A stretch of DNA of 64,000 bases from positions 1-64,000 of the forward strand of contig CAXHJY010000384.1 in assembly GCA_964016885.1 (NCBI GenBank), read 5' to 3'. Position numbers and translations under genes: made by a program. How positions within the stretch are numbered: the first letter of the stretch is position 1; every line of letters begins with the position of its first letter. Positions 52,301-64,000 of this stretch are shown here, one piece after another. The stretch comes from Eledone cirrhosa. Its lineage: Eukaryota. The notes below the pieces were generated by a model. The model was not told the origin of the DNA. It saw nothing but the letters and a program-made list of their open reading frames with translations, and did no database searches.

Positions 52301-54214
52301 TGAGCAACTCTATGGTATGAAGATAGCTGTGGATTAAGTAATCTTAACAGCATAGAAAATGTGATATGTGACAATTTAAGTGAGAGTGGACAGCACACAC
52401 ACACCAAAATGTGATGTTTGGCTATACTCACATAAGCATTGATCAACTAGTGCAGTGTTCCTTATTTTTTTTTATATTAAACTTGTTACAATGAAAGGTG
52501 TGTATAAATATTTATTACAGGATTCAAAAGGAGAGACAAATCACATACATAAAAATGGGGAGAATTTTTGAGAAGTAAAATGTTAAATACCAAAATATCT
52601 TAAGCATTTTTAAAACCTAACAAAGTCCATCGCCTCTCCAGGTCTGAACACAGCCATTTTTCTTCTAGAGAGGAAATGAGAAAGATATATAGGAAGAAAT
52701 GACCCCAGTATTGAACTGGTACTTTTTTTAATTGACTGCAAAAGAATGAAAGGCAAAGTTGACCATGGCAGGATTTATTTGAACTAAGAGAACAAAGAGC
52801 CAGAATGAATATTGCAAAGCATTTTATTCTGATGTTCTAATGACTGCCAATCTGCTGCCTAATTAAAATGTTTAAACATATATTTAAAAACTTTTCATCA
52901 TAATTGTATTTAAGAAACACTTAAGTTATTTTCTTAACACCAGCTTAATAATGAAATAGTTATTCATGTTACTAAATTCTGATTTTCAAAATTTATTGAA
53001 AATCATAGGTAGTGTCTTCCATGTAAAATGAGGTCAAGTAATGGCTAAAGATTTTACTAACTAGGTTTGCTGTTCTAGATACTATCCTAGAAGACAACAG
53101 TTCTGTCTTTTTAAGGGACTTAAACATTGGACTTTACTATTGCAATAATTTTTATTAATGCTTGGTTTTGTTTTTTCCTTTTCTCTCATTGGATGTTTCT
53201 GACATATTTTGATTGGGACTCTGTCCAGTGTACCAGCATGGTCACAGTCTAATGACTGAATAAAGCAATAAAATAATAATTTCAGGTAATATACTACTTA
53301 AACTAGGCCAATTGAAAATTGCATCACCAACACATCCAAGATGAGGAAAACAGTCAGAAAAACAAATCTCAGTATATACTAATTGCAAAAAAATAATAAA
53401 ATACAGTCTGAAATTTAACATGATAGTAAGAAAAATTATAAAATAAAAATTGCTAAAATATTACTGCTTAATACAACCTCAGTGTTTTGTAAACTCTAAA
53501 TATATATGATTCCTTGTGTCTGGTGGGTTAAAGAAAAGAAAATATGAAAAGTAAATGAATAAATGCTGTATAATTATGAAGATAAATTTAGTGACCTTTG
53601 CAGGCTGCTGTGAGAGTTGGGTGGAAAAAATTTATCAAGCAGACATCCTGTGTAGCTAAGTATAACAATTTCCTAATAGAGATTGTAGAGATTAGAAGCA
53701 ACATTGATAATATACTATCTTGACACTTTTATATAATCTTAACATGTGAAAATGTGTAAAGAAAGATAAATCATAAGAAGACTTCAGGTAGTAAGGCAGG
53801 GAAGAGAGAGAGAGAGAAAGAGGGAGCAGGAGCCAAATAAAAGAACAGTAAAACTTTTCTGAAGTTTGGTAGACAATGATATTTATAACTGAAGTAGCTG
53901 TACTGGCCCAAATGCAGAGTTGAAGTAAATTTTTTAGTTGACAAAGGCACAACCTGAACTTGTCAAAGATGTGAGTCTTGTTTATTATATCAAATTAGTT
54001 CATATTACAAACCAACAGCTAAGTACTGAAATTGTGATGCAGTTTCAAAACTTGATAATGCATTCAGGAAGAAAAAAGCATGACCATCAAAACAACCCAT
54101 TTCCCTTTCTAGAAACCACAATACAATATCAGAAGGTGTTTAGTAAATAAGAAAACAATGCTGCACATTAACAGACTGCTTCATTTCCAGATTTCTTTAT
54201 CTGAACATGGAGGG

Positions 54215-54560
54215 TGTAGAGGCAGGCATGGTTTTAGGTTCAATCCCACTGCATGGCACATTGGGCAAGAATAGGCTTGAGCTGACCAATGTCTTGTGAA
54301 TGAAATTTGGTAGACGAAAACTGTGCTGAAGCCTGTCTGTGTGTATGTGCGTTTATTTCTGCATGCCATCAAAATGACGCTGCATAAACAACATTCTCTG
54401 GATCTCAGCAGTTTCTTGTATGAAGATCAGTCGAATAAATACCTTTCTTTAAAAAAAAAACAATGGTTGGTATCAGAAAAAGCATCTGACTACAGAACAC
54501 TGCCACAAAAAACAAAAAAAAAACTTTGCATAACCCATACCAGTATTGAAGAGCTGATGT
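54215..54560 (+). mobile_element. Old SINE family 3 (other copies ~50020, 58995, 62965; minus copy ~28460-28580)
   Basis: ggttcaatcccactgcatggcac.ttgggcaag...gaccaatgccttgtga.tgaaatttggtagacgaaaactg recurs. Confidence 0.6.
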
Positions 54561-54902
54561 GAAAATGTGATGATAATAGGGATGATATTGTCTGGTGGCA
54601 GTATATGTGATGTATTTTCACATATATATGAGGGTGGGCTAAAAAGTTCAAAGGCTGACTATGAATGCATTAATTTCAACTCTTATTAATAACTGCATTG
54701 TTTCTTTCCAGAGACTATGTTGAAAAATAAAGCTCATTCCATGAAAGTATCTTGCTCAGCTTATGAACTTTTCAGCCGACTCTTGTGTGTTAAACTATGT
54801 AAGTTATTGATGTAAAGGACATGCATGTTAGTTGCTTGATGTCTGAATTTATAGCATTAAAATCATACATAATCCAACATCATTCTTCCCTTAACTCTAG
54901 AT

Positions 54903-55379
54903 CAGGTGTCCCCAAACTTTTTAGACCATTGACCTCTTCATGGAATCCTTGATTCCTCAACCCCAGCCATGTACAAAAAATTAATGATAATAAAGTAAAC
55001 GTGCAGCTTCCATGTACATTAGTGCGGGGACTGCATACCAAACCCTGCTTTCAATATACATCAGTATGAGAAATTGCATACCATGCCCTGCAAAGCTGTT
55101 ATTCTGTATCCCCTTCCCCTGTGAATATGTCTCATGAAATATAGGGAAACAAAAAGGAGAAACAAAAAACATAGTATTGGAGGAGTTTTTTTACAGACAG
55201 ACGGTGATTAAAAATGTGTATCAGCAAGTTTTTTGGGGGTTTTTTTTTGTGTATTTTTATTTCTTATACGAATGTCAGCATTCAACCCCAAAAGTTCAAT
55301 CGACTCCTGGAATTTATCAACCCCTTGAGAAATCCCATCGACTCCCAGGGGTCAATATTGACCACTTTGGCGACCCCTG
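54903..55379. mobile_element. hAT/Charlie-type MITE
   Basis: CAGGTGTCCCCAAA...TTTGGCGACCCCTG; flanks CTCTAGAT / TTCTAGTC with the NTCTAGAN target core. Confidence 0.7.
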
Positions 55380-56966
55380 TTCTAGTCTATGGAACATTTA
55401 AATAATTAGTTTACTTGAGGATTCAAGCTATTGATATATTGGTAAAATACATTTAAGATTTACTATATTACCAGCATATGTAGATGATCAAAGTGCCCAG
55501 CTATCTTGTAAGAGTTTTGTAGTGACATTAGTGAGACTGTTGCTTGATGTATGTAATATATTCTCAATATATTCCTCTAGTATTAGACTGTTTGATTTTA
55601 AAAATCAACAATGATGAGCAACTATTTTAAATGAACTATATAATTAACTCTTTAATCACCATATTTCTAATGAAATACACTGCTAATGTGTTTCAATTAA
55701 TTTTTTAAATAACCAAAAGTTTGGAGAAATTCAATAAAATAACCAAGTTTTTCATTGTAAGCTGAAAATTATTCACCAAAACTTTCTAAAATAAAATTAT
55801 GGGAGGTTTTAATATAAGGATAAACACTTTAAAATGAGTTTAGTATCATAAATCCAGTTGGTTTAAAGCAAGTTGGAATGAAAAGGGATAAAAAGATATG
55901 GAATTGTTCTTTCTATAATAGAACCAAATAGAAAATGTTACACTTTTACACTAGCAACTTGTTTAATACATAAATATTTGAAACATCATAAACTAATACC
56001 ATACATTATGACAATATTTTATAAAGCATAAAATCAGTAAAACTGTCGTATATAACTTGATGTAGCATGAATAAATATAACTTAAGAAAACATGCACACA
56101 CATTATACATATATACATGGATATGCACACACACACACACACATTTTTTAAATGTATATATAGTAATAACAAGTGTAGTTAAGTACTATAAAGATGTAAG
56201 TGGAACATGTAGTAAGGGCTATTGTGATGGTGCTGTTGGTTAATGTAATAGTGAATAACTAATGTAATAGTAGTGGTAGCAGTGCTAAGTGGCTGTACTG
56301 ATTGGTGTCAGTAGTGATATTGATGATGGTGACAGCAATAGTGGTGGTAGTTAAGGTAGAAGGCTAAGCCATAGTGTCAGAACGACAGGAAACCAGCTAT
56401 TTGACTATCCCAACCTACTATTTCCTATTCCTTCCTCATTTAAAAAACAATTACTCAGAATTTAGTACATTTCTCTTTGTGTCAAACTTCCTCTCAGGTT
56501 CTTTTCACAATTACTGTAGAATCAGTTTTAACCTCTAAAACTTGGAGAACAACAACACTGTTGGGCTATTGGAAATATTCTTGATGTAATCATTAAAAAA
56601 GTTAGAGATGATTGAATGGCATCAAAACACTGAACTAAGCTGGTCCATTATATATATAACAGCTGGTCATAACAAAGATTACAGTAACAATAACAAGACA
56701 ATCTATCATCATTATCATTTTTACATCTGTTTTTCCATGCTTGCATGGTTTAGATGAGTTTTCTCTAGTATAGCATTCCTCCACCATCCCTTTTGTAAGA
56801 TCTGCTCTTTGGTTTCAATGATAAAAACTCAGTTTGATTGATCAACTGAATGTTCAATTTGTTAATTAACATTTTTGTAACCATATTTCTAACAAAATAC
56901 AGTCTATAACTTTCAGTTAGTTTTTAAAATAATTAGTGTCATTCAATAGACATAATGAAAATATTA

Positions 56967-57730
56967 CATCATCATCATCACCGTTTTACGTCTGTTCATC
57001 CACACTAGCATGGGTTAGATGGGTTGTCTTGCTCATATGGTAACTGATTCGGGTTTGATTTCTACAGCTGGATGCCCTTCCTAACACCAACCTCATTTAC
57101 AGCGAGTGCTGTGTGCTTTTTTTCCGTGGCGTCTACACGTCCACTTTACAGTGTGGGCTGGGTGCTTTTTGCCGTGGCACCTCCACGACCACTTTGCAGT
57201 GGGAGGAGGTGGGGGCATATTGTCTATTTGCTTCAGCTTCGGCCTGAACCCGTGGGAAGTCGGGTCTTCTGTATTACTGCGTGACGCCAGAGGTCATGGT
57301 CGTGTGTCATCGCCCTTGAGAGGTGCAATTGGGTAAGGTCGGCTTTTATCACCTCATCCCAGGTCTTCTTGGGTCTCCTCCACTCCGTGGCTTCCACCGA
57401 CTTCTAGTGCTCTGCACCTTTTTATGCAGCTGTCATCCTTCATACGCATCACATGTCCATACCAACGCAACTTCCTCTCCTGCACACAGCATTTGATTCC
57501 TCTTATGCTCGGTCTCTCTCTAAATTCGTTTATGCTTTGCTGTTCGCGTATATTACTATTACACATCCATCGGAGCATGCAGGCTTCGTTTCTTTCTAAT
57601 CTGCACAAGTCTTCTACAGACAGCGCCCAGGTCTCACTACCATGTAACATTGCTGTTCGTATACACGCATCATACAGTCTGCCTTTCATTTTGAGGGAAA
57701 AGCCTTTTGCAGCTAACAGTGGCAGTAGCT
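56967..57730 (-). mobile_element. RTE subfamily C 3' fragment
   Basis: ORF 57354-57689 (MKGRLYDACIRTAMLHGSETW), shared 3' UTR and (CAT)n tail. Confidence 0.9.
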
Positions 57731-59399
57731 GTTAGTTATTTTTCATTTAAAAATGTAATGAACACACATAAGCAATCTATTTTTGTTAGAAATTCGGTCA
57801 TGAATGCATGAAAGTGTTTGACATCTGAATATAAAGCTACCGTTATCTCATTGGTTACTGCTCACAATGACCATGGCTTTTGTTGCTAAAAAGTAAATAG
57901 GTGTGTGACTTGCTTTCTTCTAAAATTTGTAAATATTCAAGTTTGACTAACACAAGAGAAAATAAATGTTAAGAGACAAATAAAATATCAATCAAAGTCA
58001 ATGGGAGATTTATGTAACTATACAACTAAAGCATTTCTGAGCGACAAACACTCCCTTCTCTTACAGGATTATCAAAACAAAAACAGGAATATAAAACTAG
58101 GTGTGGATTGTTAAATATTAGTTGACGAATTGTCTGTTGATTTCTTTTTCTAGATACTCTGCAATAATGGTTTCTGATTTAGGCACAAGGCCAACAATTT
58201 TTGAGGAGTGGAAAATTGATTAAATTGACCCTAGTGCGTTATCGTTACTATATTTTATCGACCCCACAAGGATGAAAAGCAAAGCTAACCTTGGCGGGAT
58301 TTGAACTTAAAACATAAAGGGCCATAACTATATGCCGCAAAGCATGATGTCTGCTGCTGTACCGATACTGCCAATCCACCTCTCTTAATAATTGTTTCTA
58401 CTTTAAGCACAAGGCCAGCAATTTTGCGGGGGGGGGGGGGGGGCGATTAAATCAACCACAGTGTATTACTGATGCTTTATTTTATCAACCCCATAAGGAT
58501 GAATGGCAAAGCTAATTTCGGCAGGATATGAACTCAGACCGTAAAGAACCGTAACTCTATACTGCAAGTAAAATTCATGGCTAATATCTTTGACCACAGG
58601 TTTGCTGGGATCATGGCTAACTTGGGGCAAAGGCAAAACAATACCTATCCTAAACAAGTCAATTAGCACCAGTACTATGTTGAGGTTGCTTTGATTGACA
58701 ATACTCTAGTACTGTGAAGACACATGGCTTAGTGGTTAGAGTGTTGGGCTTACAATCGTGAACTTGTGAGGTCGATGAAAACTAGGTAGCTGGATAGGGA
58801 GAACTTCTCTATGAGAAGCCCAATAGTAATGTTAACAGCCAGAAAATAAATCTATTCTCTCGATAGTCCAGGACTTATCTATCAGCTGTAGTAATCTACT
58901 TTCACAAAGTAAATAACCAATGCGAGAGAGACCTGAACTACTGGGAAACAGCTGTTATTACATCTCTACTTTAAACATTACTTGGAGTGATTAGGCACAT
59001 ATGGTTGAGGAATTTGTTTTGCAACCACATCGTTTTGGATTCAGTCCTACTCTGTTGTGCCTTGGTGAAGTGTTATCTGTTAAGGCTTCGGGTTGACCAA
59101 TGCCATATGAATGAAATTTCTTAGATGGAAATTGGGCAGAAGCCCAGCATGCATTAGAGAGGGGGGGGGTAAACAGTGTTTCTTCATGTCCAATAATCTA
59201 GTTCGACAAAAAAAAGAGTGATAAAATAAGTATCAAACTTGAAAAAATAAATAAAGGATATGATGAACAAGAACTACATCAAGGCAGTGTACCATCATAG
59301 CTGCAGTCCAATGACCCAAAAAAGTAATATTTGTCACCAGATCATCTATATAGAGTACTGGACAGCAAGCTCTTTAAAAAAAAAAAAAGAGTATTTTTT

Positions 59400-59650
59400 A
59401 AAGAAAAATCTACTATAAGTCTTTTTGGAATTACCAATAAACCTACCATGGGAAATAACTTGGTTCTAGGATGCCTTCTCTTAAAAGTTTTGAAGTTTCT
59501 GAATCTATAAATTGTTTGCCTTCCATACTGTATTGGCATACTATTGTCACAGTAAGTTTGCAATTTGGAGTGAAATTTTGAAGACGTTTAGTTGGTTGCA
59601 CAACTTGCAGTTCAGTAAGACCATAGATTAAAAAAAGGTCCTGATTCATG
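59400..59650 (-). mobile_element. Gypsy-type pol (RT N-terminal) remnant
   Basis: FIDSETSKLLREGILEPSYFPW, then KRLIVDFS in another frame; resembles LL..GIIEPS.SPW...KR.V.DY. Confidence 0.55.
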
Positions 59651-59859
59651 ATAAATAACTCAATCCTTTATGTAATAAAAAAAAAAAAAAATGTATTCTG
59701 AGAATCACATCAAAACAAAGTTTTAGAAGAACAGAAAGGTCTATGTGTTTAAATATCTTTTATAAGATAGTTTAGTAATGTAAAATCTATTAACACTTTC
59801 ATTACCATATTTCTAATAAAAACCATTGCCAACGATTTTCTATTAGTTTTTGAAATAAT

Positions 59860-60044
59860 TGTTTCTACGTTAGGCACAAGGCCAGCAATTACCCAGTGCA
59901 TTACTGGTACTTTATTTTATCGACCCCGTAAGGATGAAAGGCAAAGTCAACCTCGGCGGGATTTGACCTCAGATCATAAAGGGACATAACTATGCTGGAA
60001 AGCATGGCGTCCGACCCTCTACCGATACTGCCAATCCACCGCCC
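59860..60044 (-). mobile_element. Full-length SINE family 1 copy with 17-bp TSD
   Basis: TTAGTTTTTGAAATAAT at 59843-59859 and 60045-60061. Confidence 0.88.
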
Positions 60045-60651
60045 TTAGTTTTTGAAATAATGAAAAATAATGAAATCCACTGCCATTAGTTTTTGAAATA
60101 ATGAAAAATTTGAATCGATTTAGTAATACAACTAACTTAAGCTGGACAGTAACTTAAATGTTCTTACATAAAATTATGATGGACAGTTTTTAGATAAATA
60201 TAAACACTATATATTGTAGGATAGGAGTGGTTTGGTATCAAAAGGGGTTAATTCATACAGTTTGTTTGGAATTAGTCATGAAAACAGTACCTGCTTTTGG
60301 ATACACTTTTAGGTTGAGTTAATTAACTAGTTTTTTTGTAAAAATCAATTTTCAGATGAGCCTGTATCTGCAAGGATTTTGATGGGAATGTAACAATTTT
60401 TATAGATAAGCAGTTCTTATCATATGATTTTAACACTTAGATCAACTAACTGGAAAAATATAAATCTAAGCAAATTTGACCACAGGGTGTATAACAAACA
60501 ACATGAGCATAAAATAGTCAGTGATGGGAGTGCTGCTCCAGAAAACCTTAAATAAGACATTTAAAATGAACTTAAATTAAAAAAAGCCACAGCCAAAATG
60601 GCTAAAACAAATGAAAGCGAAAGAATAAAGAAAAAATTATATACACACACA

Positions 60652-60685
<34 letters not shown>

Positions 60686-60712
60686 AGTAAAAATGTTTTC
60701 GAAAGAGCTTAC

Positions 60713-60751
60713 CGAATCATCAGAAGATATGTTCTTTAATGTGGTTTCCAA
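60713..60751 (-). CDS. Candidate 39-nt phase 0-0 exon (LETTLKNISSDDS) of the same gene
   Basis: Acceptor ttttttatatttgtAG and donor TCG|GTAAGC, open frame, non-repeat context. Splices in frame to exon 17318 across ~43 kb. Confidence 0.5.
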
Positions 60752-62160
60752 CTACAAATATAAAAAAATATATTTTCCCCCTAATTTAGATGTCTTGGAA
60801 AATGAAATTAAAGAAATAAAAGAATAGTTAAATGAACACATTTTGCCCAAATAATTAACATTAATCATTTTTTTTAATGGAAAATGCAAACTTAATAATA
60901 AGAAAACAATAACGAAAAGTAATTTGGTCAACAAAAATGTAGGTTTCAGACAATTGAAAATAGAGTTTGCTAATAAAGTTTAATACTAAAACAACATTGA
61001 GCCAGTTATTTTGGTAGAATTAGATGGATATGGATATATGTATGTCTATTTTTGTATCTTAACTTTGTATAGTGACACACACACACATTATATATATATA
61101 TATATATTCATACATACACACATATATATATGTGTATGTATATGTGTATGTATGTGTGTATGTATGTGTGTATGTTTAGAAAGTGAACACAAAATATTAC
61201 TCCATTACCAAAGGTTTCTGGATCACAGACGATAATAATATAATATACGTCTGGATCGGTCGTCAGACAGAGATGTTATAGATAAAAGATATGAAATGAG
61301 ATTTAAAATCTGTTAGACATTTTAAAATTACAATTGAAGTGTTTTAGATAAAACATTTTAAAACAATTTTTATTGTAGAACCAGAGTGGTTTCAAGGTTT
61401 TGATATCAAAATGGGTTAAGAAAGTCTTTCATGCATACATTATACAGAGAACCCCCAGTTTCCTCTTTAATTTTTTGCATTATTCTAACCCTATAATTAA
61501 ATGCAGAGCTTTTACAACTTTGACTTGTTAAGTGTGATTGTTAAACACAAGGAAGATTAATTTCTCTGTCAAGTTACAATAGATGACTGAGAACTATAAT
61601 TCATATCAGGTAAAATTGTTGTATCTTGTCATTTCAACCAGATATGCAAACAGTTGCGTTGGCCTCTCAAAATTGAACAGGAACTTTGTTATGATAAAGT
61701 TCCTGCTCTGGAACAGAGAAGGAAACATATGTTAGGGTGTCTACTAAGTAAAAATTAAACAAATTAAACACCACAACTCTCGTTGAATAAGAGAGATCAA
61801 AGCAATATGTAATTAAAATAACAAGTAGAATAAGAACAACAATAAATATATATAGACATTATATTACAAATGTCAGATTACCAAGATTAACTCTTTTTAT
61901 CAACACAATATGGATACCGCTATAATTAAATGGCAGAAAGGCATAGACATCTATAAAGCCTTAAGGAGCTACAAAAGAAGGCTTGCTATTTTACATTGGA
62001 TATTAACAGAGGTATATAAAAAATTAAACTTCCAGTGTTTTTATTTCAACTGAAGTTCAAATACCAATATTTCTTTTCATCTTGTAATGATTTAGCAGAA
62101 AATATCTAAAAGCAGTGTTGTTAATTCAAATGCTTATAGTATCATTACAAGTAGATAGAT

Positions 62161-62212
62161 TAATAATAATAATAATGAAATTATTGTGTACAGTGCTCAG
62201 GTGCACTACAAC
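62161..62212 (-). mobile_element. CR1 3'-tail fragment
   Basis: Nearly identical to the CR1 3' end at 35650-35700 (cagtgctcaggtgcactacaac plus (AAT)n). Confidence 0.7.
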
Positions 62213-62392
62213 ATTATGAGTGTTGTTTCCTACTTTTCAACAATGTCTTAATGTAGTTTCAGAATTTAGACATGAAACAATTTCTACATATTTCTACCAC
62301 AATAAAATAAAATTATAATAACTAAAATATTAACTGTATAACTGTGAAATAATCTGTGAACAATATTTCAACATTAATTACAAGCTAGTATA

Positions 62393-62596
62393 TTAACCCT
62401 TTAGCATTTACATTACTCTATAAAAGGCTTTACCTTACATAATTATCTCATGTAATATCAAATCAATGAGATTTTGATATTTATTTTCAGAACAATACCT
62501 TAACATCAGTATGAGAAGCTGGTTACAGTTGGTTTGAATAGAAGGAGGTGAGAGAATTCTGGCTGGATACGCCCGGTTTAAATGCTAAAGGGTTAA
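62393..62596. mobile_element. piggyBac-type MITE
   Basis: TTAA-CCCTTTAGCATTTA...TAAATGCTAAAGGG-TTAA, perfect terminal inverted repeat. Confidence 0.75.
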
Positions 62597-64000
62597 GGTG
62601 GACCAAGAAATTAGGTTGTCAAGTTAGGAATAGAGCAGAAAAGTGGAAATAGGTTTTTTTATTTTTTTTATTTAATTGATAGATTGAATTTAAAAGAAAT
62701 CTGATAGTATTAAATCAAATTGTCAGCCTTTTCTCCTTAGCTGTATTTTCTAGGTTTACTGTATATGATATATTTAGAATACTCTTTCTGAATTTTAACT
62801 AAATCAACATAAATAATTTCTAGGCTATATTGCTAATGATTTGGCAGCCACAACTAAGAAGTATATTGATTCTAATACAACATTTTAAATAACAGCATGA
62901 GGAAGGACATCAGGTCATAGAAAACCTGACAGAAAAAATTTCCCATCCTATTCATGTAAGCCTGGCTGGGTGGTTAAGAAGTTTGCTTCACAATCCCATT
63001 TCAGGTTCTATCCCACAGCATACAGCTTTAGCAATTGACTTATACTATAGCCTGACCAATGTCAAGAGTGGAATTGGTAGACAGAAACCGCGCGCGCATG
63101 TGTGTGTGTGCATGTAAAATATTGGCAAGATGTGATTCTCTGACACATCTAGTCTCAGACCGTAACAACCTGCTCAATCCCTATTAGAATGATGATGGTG
63201 GTGGTGGTGGTGGTGCACAAGCATATGTGTGTCTCTCTTTGTATTTGACATTGCAGACAGTAACATTTGTTTATGTCCTGCATAAACAGAAATCCTGCAG
63301 TTTACCAGTTTAAATGTGTAAAGATCTGTACCTAACAAAGAAAAGAAGGCTGGTATGATGAACGGTGTCCATCTGTAGAATCCCCAACCCCCTAATATCT
63401 CATTAAACCCATGCCTGTATGGACAAAAAAAAAAGACTTAAAAATCATGATGATGAAATACAATGTGGAAAAGAATAACAGCTCAAATAATGCAGTTTCT
63501 ACATCAATTTTCGTATCTGTGAAATATTATCTTTTAGTAATGCTTTGGATTATGATAAGCAATTTTCTACTTATGTAACAATCTTCTACTTATACATATT
63601 ACTGTGACTTCCTATCACAATGTCTATCAACAATTTGTTTAGTTATGCTAATATTAAATCGGGTTTTAATTTTATACTCTGAGTTGCTTAAGACCAAGAT
63701 AAACACTGGTGTAGTGAGCCTCTGAGCTTGAAACTGATATAACTCACCATTGACACCACCACTACCACCATTTCTCTTAGGTATATAGAAAGCATTTGGT
63801 CAATTATTTATAGTAATGGCTTGAATTGGAAATTAAAAAGGGATGAGATGGTATTTAAGGTGTTGTTTTGAAATGGTAGTTTAAAATAACACAGTATGGA
63901 TTTTTTCACAACTGATTTCCTTACTGATCTCTCTATTAACATAATTGTTTCTACTTTTGGCACAAGGCCAGCAATTACCCAGTGTATTACTGGTACTTTA

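Overview
AT-rich, repeat-dense animal genomic DNA. The SINE/LINE/MITE set resembles coleoid cephalopod (octopod) repeats; this is recalled from the literature, not searched. The window appears to lie inside one minus-strand gene encoding a FAM107/DUF1151-family protein. Three phase-compatible coding exons (17318-17258, 8478-8298, 7130-6977) are well supported. Also seen are a candidate 39-nt upstream exon (60751-60713), a candidate alternative Met-Ile first exon (donor at 39484) and a possible SINE-derived 21-nt microexon; the terminal exon was not found. The introns hold three subfamilies of RTE-clade LINEs, one nearly intact (~13365-16890), all with a C4HC3 PHD-type finger inserted inside the RT domain. 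A CR1-clade LINE has a G-GGA-AAC-TAA candidate -1 frameshift signal at its ORF1/ORF2 junction. Other elements are an internally deleted pogo/Tigger transposon, a solo LTR, decayed Penelope, Gypsy, CRE-like and Expander-like fragments, a Helitron 3' end, several tRNA-derived SINE families and hAT/mariner/piggyBac-type MITEs. No prokaryotic features, rRNA, true tRNA or CRISPR were seen. All identities and coordinates were read by eye.
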